NCBI GenBank assembly: GCA_965232285.1
Contig: CBDDPL010000004.1
Location: 1,623,893-1,687,892 of the forward strand
Origin: Denitrobaculum sp.
GTDB taxonomy: Bacteria > Pseudomonadota > Alphaproteobacteria > Kiloniellales > Kiloniellaceae
Direction: 5' to 3'
Length of the DNA stretch: 64,000 nt
In this document: positions 36,063 to 44,914 of the stretch, piece by piece
Position numbering within the stretch: the first letter of the stretch is position 1
Layout: every line of letters starts with the position of its first letter
The notes under the pieces: generated by a model
Told to the model about the DNA's origin: nothing
What the model saw: only the letters and a program-made list of their open reading frames with translations
Database searches by the model: none
Made by a program: the position numbers and the translations under genes

Positions 36063-38276
36063 TTAGTGCAGCGTTGTTCCTTTGGAGTGGTTCTGCATCA
36101 CCGCTTCCCGCGTATTGGTTTCTCTGGTGTCACCTTGGTCGCGGATTACTGGTGAACCTTGATTGGGTGCAGTCTGCTGGTCGGGATCAGTGCTTCTGAG
36201 TGCTATGGGTTCATTCCGGGGCATGAGTTCCAGATTGGGCTTCAAGCGCAGTTGGAGCGACCCGTCCTCCAGCTGCAACGGCGGCGGCATGGTGGGGTGT
36301 ACAGCTTCCCATTCGCTTGCTTTGTAAATGTCCTCCAAAGAGGTGGCTGAGCGCGCCAGAACGAAGTCTTCGGGCTTGGGAAGGCTTTCGGAGAGCACCC
36401 ATACAAAGGGCATTATGATGCCGGTCTGTTTCCAGAGAGCATAGCCTTTATGCGGGCCGTCTTTGAGAATTTCGATCCCGGCGCTTTCCATGTACTCGCG
36501 CATGGAAAGGTGCTGGCCGTTCGGCATCATCCAACGGGTGCCAAAGCGTAGCATGGTCTTATCGCCGACGCGCTCGCTGCCCGTACTGTCCTCGTAAAGC
36601 TTGAAGGCCCAAAACTCCTCGTCATCGGGCGAGCCTACTTCACAGCCTGTGGTGGCGCGAACCAGGGTGCCGTCCTGACGCTGGATGACGCCATCGTCGC
36701 GCAAAATATCGATGATAGGGACGTGCTGACCCTCGTACTTGCCGCCCGCGCACCAGTAAACGTGGCCGGGCGTGACGAAAGTTCCGTGGAGATCAAGAAT
36801 GATCTTCGCCTCGTTGGTCATCGTCCGAGTAACGTTGCCGGGCTTGAGGTTGCCCTGAGCGTCGAAGGCGACAACCGTGTCGGTTGGTGTGATTTCTTCG
36901 ATGGCCTTCTGCCAGATATTAGCTCGCACCGCCGCCTCGTCATATAGCCCGTCCGGTCCCGGTCTGATCGAAGAGTCCAGCGGCCACATATCGATCATCG
37001 TACCGGCCGTGAAGCAGTGCGAAATAGGTATGATTTTGAGCTCATCACCGTCGGCGACAACGGTATACTCACCCTCTTTAAACTCCAACTCGTTTTCAGC
37101 GTAGGATTTATAAAGGTCGACGATATCGTCTAAAACAAGCGGGTTCCCACCATTCGCATTGTCTTGGAGCAGTTTAACCGCCCCTGCACCAAATTCTGCT
37201 CCTGCGTTGCCGCCGATCGTACCTCCGAGATAGGCGATCACGGCAAGTGTGGCTATCCCACCCGCTGTTGTCAGCGGTTCCGGCGCAGCCACTGCAAGGG
37301 CTGCCGCTGTGGCGACCCAAGTGCCGACTGCGGAACCAGCCAAATCCCCAAATGTACCGAATATGAGCTGTTCTGCGCCCGCCTCATTGCCGGCAACATA
37401 CAATTGCCGGGCCTCCTCGAAGGCAAAGGCCACGTGCAACACATCTCCTACAACCCCTGCCGCACTCAAGACGCGAGCGTTGCCTAGAATGTTGCCGAAT
37501 GTAGCCGGTGTTAAATTGAGATCTGCGATCCTATTTTCGAGTGCAAGATTCTCGAACCTTCTTACGGTAGAAAGCCTGCCGGCATAGCCTGTAACTTTTA
37601 AGCCGTCAAAGAGCCAGGCCGAGGCGAAAGTCTTGAAGTTATTAGCAACTGCGTTGTAACGGTCCGTTTCGCTAGTAAAGCCGTCACGAACTTCAATCCG
37701 GTCAATGCCGTTGATCTGATTAACGGCCGTATTATTCTTCAAAGTCTCGAGTTCAATTGACCGGAGATATGAACCTGTCCCCGCGCCCTCTGTGAGAACC
37801 ATAACATCGCCCGAAACATTCTCGGCGAAGCGTTGCGAAGAGATCCAACCCATGTCGCCGCGTTCACCCTTCCACCGCGGATCTTCCCCTTTCGACCAAT
37901 CCACACCCGTGATGACTTGCTTGTTGTCTTGCGACATTTGGATAGCGTCTTCGACGTCCGTGCTGTTTATAAACTGGCCGAGTTCGGTGTCGTCCAAGCG
38001 TTGAAACACAGTCGGATTAGTGTTCGCCAAGTCTCTGGCGGTTTTCCATGCCTCTGCTTCGTGGCCTCTTAGGCGCCTGTATGGGTTCGACCCCGCATAG
38101 AATAGCGGTGTTACACCGCTTGGGAGATCTACAGAGAGGTTGCGCACCGCCAGTTCGTAGAAGTTGCCGTCCAGGTAATCACCGGCGGCATTTGCGTCTC
38201 TTACGACGTCGAGCACTTCGCTCACAGTCGCCTTTGTCCAGTCAGGGATTCTGCCGCTGTAATCGAACTCCGCCAT
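36063..38276 (-). CDS. Hint (Hedgehog/intein-like) domain protein with glycine-zipper hydrophobic segment; polymorphic-toxin-like
   Basis: Hint N-terminal block HCFTAGTMIDMW (Cys421) and TPGHVYW block. aa 300-365 are G/A-rich and hydrophobic (GTFGDLAGSAVGTWVATAAALAVAAP...LGGTIGGNAGAEFGAGA). N- and C-terminal domains not recognised. Confidence 0.85.
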   Translation of the reverse strand: MAEFDYSGRIPDWTKATVSEVLDVVRDANAAGDYLDGNFYELAVRNLSVDLPSGVTPLFYAGSNPYRRLRGHEAEAWKTARDLANTNPTVFQRLDDTELGQFINSTDVEDAIQMSQDNKQVITGVDWSKGEDPRWKGERGDMGWISSQRFAENVSGDVMVLTEGAGTGSYLRSIELETLKNNTAVNQINGIDRIEVRDGFTSETDRYNAVANNFKTFASAWLFDGLKVTGYAGRLSTVRRFENLALENRIADLNLTPATFGNILGNARVLSAAGVVGDVLHVAFAFEEARQLYVAGNEAGAEQLIFGTFGDLAGSAVGTWVATAAALAVAAPEPLTTAGGIATLAVIAYLGGTIGGNAGAEFGAGAVKLLQDNANGGNPLVLDDIVDLYKSYAENELEFKEGEYTVVADGDELKIIPISHCFTAGTMIDMWPLDSSIRPGPDGLYDEAAVRANIWQKAIEEITPTDTVVAFDAQGNLKPGNVTRTMTNEAKIILDLHGTFVTPGHVYWCAGGKYEGQHVPIIDILRDDGVIQRQDGTLVRATTGCEVGSPDDEEFWAFKLYEDSTGSERVGDKTMLRFGTRWMMPNGQHLSMREYMESAGIEILKDGPHKGYALWKQTGIIMPFVWVLSESLPKPEDFVLARSATSLEDIYKASEWEAVHPTMPPPLQLEDGSLQLRLKPNLELMPRNEPIALRSTDPDQQTAPNQGSPVIRDQGDTRETNTREAVMQNHSKGTTLH

Positions 38277-38753
38277 TTAACTCTCATCTCCCTGGATGTA
38301 CTGTCCCTGATCCAAGGCGGCTTGGAACTGCTTTGAAAATTCCACCGTCGCCGTTTGTTTCTTGCCAAGTCGGGCACTTACCCAATTACGATTGAATTTG
38401 GTCAGCATGTCCGTCAGAAGCCTTACCGCGCGGTCTTGCTGTTCGCGACTGGTGAAGTGGTTGCCGAGCGCCGAGAGGCCGGAAAAGCGCCAGAACGCAA
38501 GCACCGGAGGATCGCCAGTTGGGTTTTCTTCCCGCCGAAACTCGTACGGCAGGCCGCCAGGTCCCCCGAATTCGATCGGATGCCCGTCAAGATGTAGGAC
38601 AAGGCAATGATACGTTCCGCTTGCGGAGCCGACACCAACCTGTTCCAGGTAGGTGTCGGGCTGATCCGTCGATATTCGATGCGAATCACGCTCGACCCAA
38701 AATTTAATACCGTCACGGGATGTATGGATAATGGGACCGAGCTTTGCGTTCAA
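38277..38753 (-). CDS. 158-aa hypothetical protein, translationally coupled upstream partner of the Hint protein
   Basis: Its stop TAA is immediately followed by the ATG of the 737-aa gene (TAAATG). No family recognised. Confidence 0.6.
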   Translation of the reverse strand: MNAKLGPIIHTSRDGIKFWVERDSHRISTDQPDTYLEQVGVGSASGTYHCLVLHLDGHPIEFGGPGGLPYEFRREENPTGDPPVLAFWRFSGLSALGNHFTSREQQDRAVRLLTDMLTKFNRNWVSARLGKKQTATVEFSKQFQAALDQGQYIQGDES

Positions 38754-38924
38754 CTTGCGACCTGCTTACATATGGTTGTGATATCTTCACGAGAATATCT
38801 ACATTAACGTTTGTTGTCACGCCTATCTTTTGGTGGATGAAAAATTCGTTGGTCGTTCAGAAGTCACCAAGGTCGAGACTTATTTTTGCATTTTTTGTAA
38901 TCTCGTTGACGCACAAAACACGAT

Positions 38925-39022
38925 CGAATCACCAGGGTCAGGTCTTGTCGAATCACCAGGGTCAGGTCTTGTATTGTGCGTGAACAGAGTTGAAAAAAGG
39001 CACGAAACAAGATCTAACCCTA
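38925..39022. repeat. palindromic junction element, copy c (left arm tandemly duplicated)
   Basis: 24-nt unit CGAATCACCAGGGTCAGGTCTTGT x2 (38925-38972). Spacer with GTTGAAAAAA. Right arm GCACGAAACAAGATCTAACCC (39000-39020). Confidence 0.8.
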
Positions 39023-39486
39023 AATCTCTGTCAGGCTGAGCGGTCTTTCCCAGCTTACTAGAAACCGTCGAGCAGAACGAAGATCGGCAGGAAGACGGTC
39101 ATTATAGCGCCCATGACGTATAAGCCGCCGATGTAAGTCCAGAAGAGGCGCGGATTTTTGCTTCTGTAAATCCAGGCACCGCCCGATCCGGGAGACGCGA
39201 AACCGCGCTTGAAGTCACGCAGCCCGATGAAAATGACGGATACACCCAGCAGCACGGGGACGGGCAACGCCCAGATGGTCTTGAGGTAGAGAGGGAAGAA
39301 TTCCTGCAACAGATAGCCATAGGCCAGGGCCGCGCAAAAGGCGATGAGGAAAAACTTAAACATGCCGGCGCTCCCCAGGGTTTAGACGGCTTGCAGCGGG
39401 GTGACTGTCGGTCCGCGCAGTTTTGTCAGACCTTTGCGCAAAAGCTCTTCGAAAGACTTCTTTACCGCATTGTCTTGAATTGTATG
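38958..39486. repeat. 0.53-kb direct repeat, copy 2 (contains 101-aa gene copy 2)
   Basis: Collinear with 33553-34080. Confidence 0.85.
39058..39363 (-). CDS. 101-aa three-TM membrane protein, copy 2
   Basis: Differs from copy 1 at about 6 of 101 residues. Confidence 0.65.
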   Translation of the reverse strand: MFKFFLIAFCAALAYGYLLQEFFPLYLKTIWALPVPVLLGVSVIFIGLRDFKRGFASPGSGGAWIYRSKNPRLFWTYIGGLYVMGAIMTVFLPIFVLLDGF

Positions 39487-39810
39487 GACTTTCCGGGCTT
39501 TCGCAGCGTTATTCCCTAGCAGCGCTTTCCTGTTAAATCGTAAAGAAGGCCCAGCGCGCTCTTCATGCCAAGCGACTTTCCCAGGGGCGGGCGGCGCAGG
39601 TGGATCAGGCGAAGTTCGCCGGGTGACCGGCGGTCTTTTGCGGCCCGCAAGCTGCGTCATCGGCGGCGGGCGCCGGGGGAGGTCGATGTCCGCGGAATTC
39701 TTTATGGCGAGGGTAAAGAAAAGCCGCGATTTAGCTGGACTGCAGCTACAACCCCACCCAGTTTGTTCTATCCATGGCCGTTCGGCCGTTGGCGCAGCAG
39801 GGTGAGGATC

Positions 39811-40953
39811 ATGACGCAATCAAAGGACTTCGGCTTCGGGACGCAGATCCGCAAATCCCCCTATTTCGATGCGACGCTCCGCTGGGGCGCCAAGGGCTTT
39901 TCGGTCTACAATCACATGTACATTCCCCGCGATTTCGGGGATCCGGAGCAGAACTTCTGGAACCTGGTGAATAACGCGATCCTCTGTGACGTGGCCGTGG
40001 AGCGGCAGGTCGAGATCACCGGGCCGGATGCGGCCGCCTTCACGCAGATGCTGACCCCGCGCGATCTGTCGAAAATGGCGGTCGGTCAGTGCAAATACGT
40101 GCTGATCGTAAATGCGGAGGGCGGCATCCTGAACGACCCGGTCCTGCTGCGTCTGGCGGAGAACCACTTCTGGATCTCCCTGGCCGACAGCGACATCCTG
40201 CTCTGGGCGCAGGGCGTGGCCGTGCATTCGGGGCTCGATGTCACCATCCGCGAACCCGATGTCTCGCCCCTGCAACTGCAGGGCCCGAAATCCGGCGAGG
40301 TGATGAAGGCGCTGTTCGGCGAGAGCATCATGGAGCTGCGGTATTACTGGCTCCGCGAGCTGGAACTGGATGGCATCCCGCTCATCGTGTCGCGTACGGG
40401 TTGGTCCAGTGAACTGGGCTACGAGCTTTACCTGCGGGACGGGTCGCGTGGCGATGAGCTGTGGGAAAAGATCATGGCGGCGGGGCAGGCCTTCGGCCTG
40501 AAGCCCGGCCATACCTCTTCGATCCGACGGATCGAGGGCGGCATGCTCTCCTATCACGCCGATGCGGATATCCATACCAACCCCTTCGAGCTCGGTCTCG
40601 ACCGGCTCGTCAACCTCGAGATGGAAGCCGACTTTATCGGAAAGGCCGCCCTGCGCCGCATCAAGGCGGAAGGCCTGCGCCGCAAGCAGGTGGGGCTGGT
40701 GATCGAGGGCGCGACGCTGAAGGGACCCAACACGCGATTCTGGAGCGTCACCAAAGCGGGCGCCTCGATCGGCAAGGTCACCTCCGCCGTCTATTCGCCC
40801 CGGCTGGAGCAGAACATTGCGCTGGCCATGCTGTCGGTTGAGTTCGCGGAGATCGGCACAGTGGTCGAGGTCGATACCGGATCCGGCACTGTCAGCGCCA
40901 GGATCGTCGAGCGACCTTTCTATGACCCGAAGAAGAAGCTCGCTATGGCCTGA
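39811..40953 (+). CDS. GcvT-family aminomethyltransferase, DmdA-like clade
   Basis: Start ATG 39811. RKSPYFDAT...GFSVYNHMYIPRDF...LCDVAVERQVEITGPDA...GQCKYVLIVNAEGGILNDPVLLRL..HFWISLADSD matches the block order remembered for DMSP demethylase-type GcvT homologues. Confidence 0.8.
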   Translation: MTQSKDFGFGTQIRKSPYFDATLRWGAKGFSVYNHMYIPRDFGDPEQNFWNLVNNAILCDVAVERQVEITGPDAAAFTQMLTPRDLSKMAVGQCKYVLIVNAEGGILNDPVLLRLAENHFWISLADSDILLWAQGVAVHSGLDVTIREPDVSPLQLQGPKSGEVMKALFGESIMELRYYWLRELELDGIPLIVSRTGWSSELGYELYLRDGSRGDELWEKIMAAGQAFGLKPGHTSSIRRIEGGMLSYHADADIHTNPFELGLDRLVNLEMEADFIGKAALRRIKAEGLRRKQVGLVIEGATLKGPNTRFWSVTKAGASIGKVTSAVYSPRLEQNIALAMLSVEFAEIGTVVEVDTGSGTVSARIVERPFYDPKKKLAMA

Positions 40954-41010
40954 TGGCGAAGTGCTAGGCCGCGCACAGGGGCTAGGCGAGGGTTGTGGGG
41001 AATGGCGGAA

Positions 41011-41075
41011 TCAAGCTTTAGTTTTGTGCGCGAAGGAGGTTGCCGAAAAAAATGCACAAAACAAGACCTGACCCC
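41011..41075. repeat. palindromic junction element, copy d (left arm degenerate)
   Basis: Right arm GCACAAAACAAGACCTGACCCC (41054-41075) is the exact reverse complement of the consensus left arm. Spacer GGAGGTTGCCGAAAAAAAT. Left arm reduced to TTTAGTTTTGTGCG. Confidence 0.7.
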
Positions 41076-41240
41076 AAAGCGCTGCGATGCTAAAGCGCCG
41101 CGACGACACGTTAGGTGCAAAATGTTTGAAAAGTACACAATATGCGATAATTTATTTTAATAAAAACAAATATGGCGCGCAGTTCGTGTTGCGAGTGAAG
41201 CAGGTTTCGTTGCACTGGACGAGCATGGGGAGTGTATTTT

Positions 41241-42236
41241 ATGGCACGCAAAAAACACTTAATGATTATTCATGGGCGATCCACCAAGCCGAGCGAGAAA
41301 GAAAAAAGACGTATTGTAAAACTGGCACTCATAAACGGTTTGAACCGCGTTGATCCCACTGCAGCTCAGAAAATCGGCAGGGGTGCGGACAAGGTCGAAT
41401 TCAGCTTTATTTATTATGGTGACCTGTCCAACCAACTCATCCTGGAACGAAATCCCGGCAAGTTGGAACGGTTAAAGGGTCAAGATCCCGACCACGGCGA
41501 TCAGCCTTGCGAAATCGACGGTTTCTACGATGTCGGCCTTAGGGCGTTGTTCAAACAAAAGAGTCACACGAAGGCGGCGTACAAGAAATTTCTGAAAGAG
41601 CATGATGATTTGAGGTTTCTCGACAACGCGGCCTCTGTCATCTCGTTTCTTGGCAACGTGGCTGGACTCTCTGACCGGGTTATTTCCACTGCAACGGCCG
41701 ACATGGGGGCTTACCTGCTCACGCGTCAGTGGGGCTCTGCAATTCGCGATCGTCTTCAGCGTCCGCTGAAAAAGGCACTCATGAAAAACGAAGACGTTTG
41801 CCTCGTTGCGCACAGCATGGGCTGTATTGTGTCCTATGATGTCCTTTGGAAATTCTCTCGTATGAGTGAGTATCGGGAGGTGCAGGACAAGGGCAATCCC
41901 GTCACGAAATGGTTGACGCTGGGTAATCCGCTCGGAGAACCAGGAGTACGCAAAAACCTATACGATTCTGACGAGCCTGAAGATGGGATGTACCCTAAGG
42001 GGATTATCAAGGACTGGATCAATCTCTCTGCGCAAGACGATTTCATTTGTCACGATGCGACCGTGAAGGATGACTTTAGAGCTATGAAGCGGGCAGGCTA
42101 TCTAAACCGAATCGTTGATAAAAAAATCTACAACTTTTGGCTTGGTGCCAAAGCGACAAACCCGCACAAATTTTACGGCTATCTCGATAACCCCGACGTT
42201 GCGCGAGAGATCGTCAATTGGATGAACTCACCGTAA
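41241..42236 (+). CDS. alpha/beta-hydrolase-fold protein (lipase/esterase-like)
   Basis: LMIIHGRS near the N-terminus and nucleophile elbow LVAHSMGC (GxSxG-type). Lower-GC gene preceded by an AT-rich leader. Confidence 0.65.
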   Translation: MARKKHLMIIHGRSTKPSEKEKRRIVKLALINGLNRVDPTAAQKIGRGADKVEFSFIYYGDLSNQLILERNPGKLERLKGQDPDHGDQPCEIDGFYDVGLRALFKQKSHTKAAYKKFLKEHDDLRFLDNAASVISFLGNVAGLSDRVISTATADMGAYLLTRQWGSAIRDRLQRPLKKALMKNEDVCLVAHSMGCIVSYDVLWKFSRMSEYREVQDKGNPVTKWLTLGNPLGEPGVRKNLYDSDEPEDGMYPKGIIKDWINLSAQDDFICHDATVKDDFRAMKRAGYLNRIVDKKIYNFWLGAKATNPHKFYGYLDNPDVAREIVNWMNSP

Positions 42237-42852
42237 TGGCCTGACACGCACCGCTGTGTTCAATGCAGAGGTCATAAGGCCAACTCGCCGAGGTCTAGTC
42301 CGGTTACCCCGCGAAAAGTAGGCCATCGGTCGAGTATGATGTCCCGTCAACTCACCTGTGTGGCCAGCTTTCCAACGATGGGCTCCGAGATCACAGGCGC
42401 TGCGGGTCATTTCAATACGGCGGCTTATTACCGGCTCGGTCTTAATCTTGAGGACGATTTCGGTCACAAGGATTTGGGCAAAGGCTATGTTTTCTGGTGA
42501 AACCGGAGAGCAGACCAGCAAGTCGCCATGTAAAGCCCGGTTTGATGGCTTTTGCGTCTTCGCTGAGTTCAAGGCTGAATCCAATGCATTGAGGCTGACT
42601 TAGAGGTATCGCCTTTGTCCGGCAGATTCGACGCCGAGATTTTCGGTGCGGACGACCAGGCTTAGGATGCAAGCTCGTTTGGTCGTGAAATGCTCTGCGT
42701 TCTGAGCCGCTATAGCTCCAGATGGCCGCTGCGTTCGGCTGAACAATCACCGCTTGAGAGAGTTGCTCGTCCAGGCTCTCAATAGCGCTGGCGTTCGCCA
42801 GAGCGATGCCCTATTTAACGGGCTTTCGGGCATGGCATGAAGGAACAACGCA

Positions 42853-43866
42853 ATGCGGGCGATACGCAGACGCCTTGGTAAACTGCTGAAGGGGAACGAG
42901 CCGGAAGTTGAGGAACAGGTCCCCGTACTGTCGGCGGAGGACAAGGCTCTCGTCAATGCGGCGTTGCGTTCGACGACCGCCGCCCATGCCATGCTCGGGG
43001 AACAGGGGCCATGCCGTCTTCCCGTGGATGAGATTCAGATCCCGCACCAGGAGATGTGGAAGCCGGGGGATGACGTCATTCTGAATTCGACCCAGGACAT
43101 CATCAAGGCGCTCGAAGACTACGACGAGCATGGCCTTTCCGATCACTCGGAAAAGACCCTCGATCGCGAGTTCATGGCGCGCTACCTCTATCAGACCAAT
43201 GTGCGCATCGCGAACCTGGCCGATGTTTTCCAGGCGCGTCTTCAGCCCGGCGCGACGATCCTGGAAATCGGGTCCTTCTTCGGGTCCTTTTCGCTCGCCC
43301 TGCAGCGCCTCGGCTATCAGGTTACGGCGATCGACCGCTATGATTCCTTCTTTGGGCGCTTCGACAAGCACGTCGCCATGATGGAGAAGGATGGCGTGCA
43401 GGTTATCAGAGCCAACCGGGAAAATGAGGACCGGATGGTTGCGGAGCTGCCACAGTTCGACGCGGTAATCACCATGGCGGTCGTCGAGCACATTCCCCAC
43501 ACGCCCAAGGGCTTCCTGGAGATGTGCAAGTCGAAGGTCAAGAGCGGGGGCTGGCTGGCGCTGGACACGCCGAACCTTCTGCGCCACTGGAACCGCGTGC
43601 ACCTCAGCCAGAACAAATCGATCTTCCAGGATATCGAATCTCAGTATTACTGTGAGCCGCCGTGGGAAGGGCACCACCGGGAGTTCACGCCGCAGGAAAT
43701 GGAATGGATGCTGGAGCAGATCGGCTGCAGCGAGATCGATCTGCAGCTTTTCGATTACAATCTGCTGCAGTTTCAGGCCATCGATAAACCGCATATCTCA
43801 GCGCTCGAAGGCATGATCAACGATCCCAACCTGGCCGATACCATCCTGGTGACCGGGCGCTGTTAA
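42853..43866 (+). CDS. class I SAM-dependent methyltransferase
   Basis: Motif I ILEIGSFFGSFSLALQRLG, acidic loop VTAIDRYD, post-I VITMAVVEHI. Confidence 0.8.
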   Translation: MRAIRRRLGKLLKGNEPEVEEQVPVLSAEDKALVNAALRSTTAAHAMLGEQGPCRLPVDEIQIPHQEMWKPGDDVILNSTQDIIKALEDYDEHGLSDHSEKTLDREFMARYLYQTNVRIANLADVFQARLQPGATILEIGSFFGSFSLALQRLGYQVTAIDRYDSFFGRFDKHVAMMEKDGVQVIRANRENEDRMVAELPQFDAVITMAVVEHIPHTPKGFLEMCKSKVKSGGWLALDTPNLLRHWNRVHLSQNKSIFQDIESQYYCEPPWEGHHREFTPQEMEWMLEQIGCSEIDLQLFDYNLLQFQAIDKPHISALEGMINDPNLADTILVTGRC

Positions 43867-44061
43867 GGCCGGGTTCTTTTCCGCCCTGACTGCGTTACGG
43901 CTTTTAACCGAACCGGTGGCATCCGATGCAGCGGCATCCGATGCACTGCGTCGTATGGCGAACCGCGCCTTGTCAGAACTGAAAACCCACCTGGTCAAAT
44001 GATTCCCTGCGGCCGGAATATGCTCTAGATTACCTGTCGCGACAACGACGGGAGGCTCAGC

Positions 44062-44898
44062 ATGAAAATCCAGCCCCTGACCAGTGCCCTCGGCGCCGAG
44101 ATTCTGGGCGCGGACGTCCGGCGCGCGGAGGACTTCGAGGCGATTTTCGCGGCCTTTGTGGAGCACTCGGTCATCGTGCTGCGCGATCAGGACTGTACGC
44201 CGGAGGAGCATCTGACCTTCGCGCGGCGGTTCGGGCCGGTCAACGTCAACCGTTTCTTCCGGCCGGTCGAAGGCCATCCGGAGATCGCGACGGTCCTGAA
44301 GGAGAAGGATCAGACGGAAGCCATCGGCGAGGGCTGGCATACCGATCATTCCTATGACGAGATGCCGGCCATGGGGTCGATCCTGCGGGCGATCGAGGTG
44401 CCGCCGGTCGGTGGGGATACGCTCTTTGTCTCTATGGCGGCGGCCTATGAAGCGCTCTCGCCGGCCTTGCGGCGCTTTCTCGACGGGCTGACGGCGGTTC
44501 ACTCCTCGCGCCATGTCTTCGGGGCTGCGATCCAGGATACGGAAGCCGCGACCAGCGGGCGGCTCGGCAATGCGGCGGCGGCGACCCAGGAAGCGCGGCA
44601 CCCGCTGGTCATCACCCATCCGCTGAGCGGCCGGCGCGGACTCTACGTGAACCCGGTCTTCACCACGCATATCGAGGAGCTTGCCCCCGACGAGTCGGAT
44701 GCAATCCTGGCCATGCTCTACGCGCATTGTCAGCAGCCGGAGTTCCACTGCCGCCTGCGCTGGCGGGCCGATGACATCGCCATCTGGGACAACCGCGCGA
44801 CCTGGCACAAAGCGGTCAACGACTACCACGGCCACCGCCGCCTGATGCACCGGGTGACCGTCGCGGGAGTGGCGCTCGCCGCTGCGCAGGCGGCCTGA
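44062..44898 (+). CDS. TauD/TfdA-family Fe(II)/2-oxoglutarate dioxygenase
   Basis: WHTDHSY (HxD iron ligands), GGDTLFVSM, WDNRATWH blocks. Confidence 0.9.
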   Translation: MKIQPLTSALGAEILGADVRRAEDFEAIFAAFVEHSVIVLRDQDCTPEEHLTFARRFGPVNVNRFFRPVEGHPEIATVLKEKDQTEAIGEGWHTDHSYDEMPAMGSILRAIEVPPVGGDTLFVSMAAAYEALSPALRRFLDGLTAVHSSRHVFGAAIQDTEAATSGRLGNAAAATQEARHPLVITHPLSGRRGLYVNPVFTTHIEELAPDESDAILAMLYAHCQQPEFHCRLRWRADDIAIWDNRATWHKAVNDYHGHRRLMHRVTVAGVALAAAQAA

Positions 44899-44914
44899 GG
44901 ACGGCGGACTGTTT

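Noticed and set aside
42237-42852. ORFs 42228..42584(-), 42358..42603(+), 42442..42750(-), tried as a PIN/toxin or transposase remnant.
   Set aside because: I could not support any catalytic motif. Treated as possible decayed sequence only (see the finding for 41087-43866).
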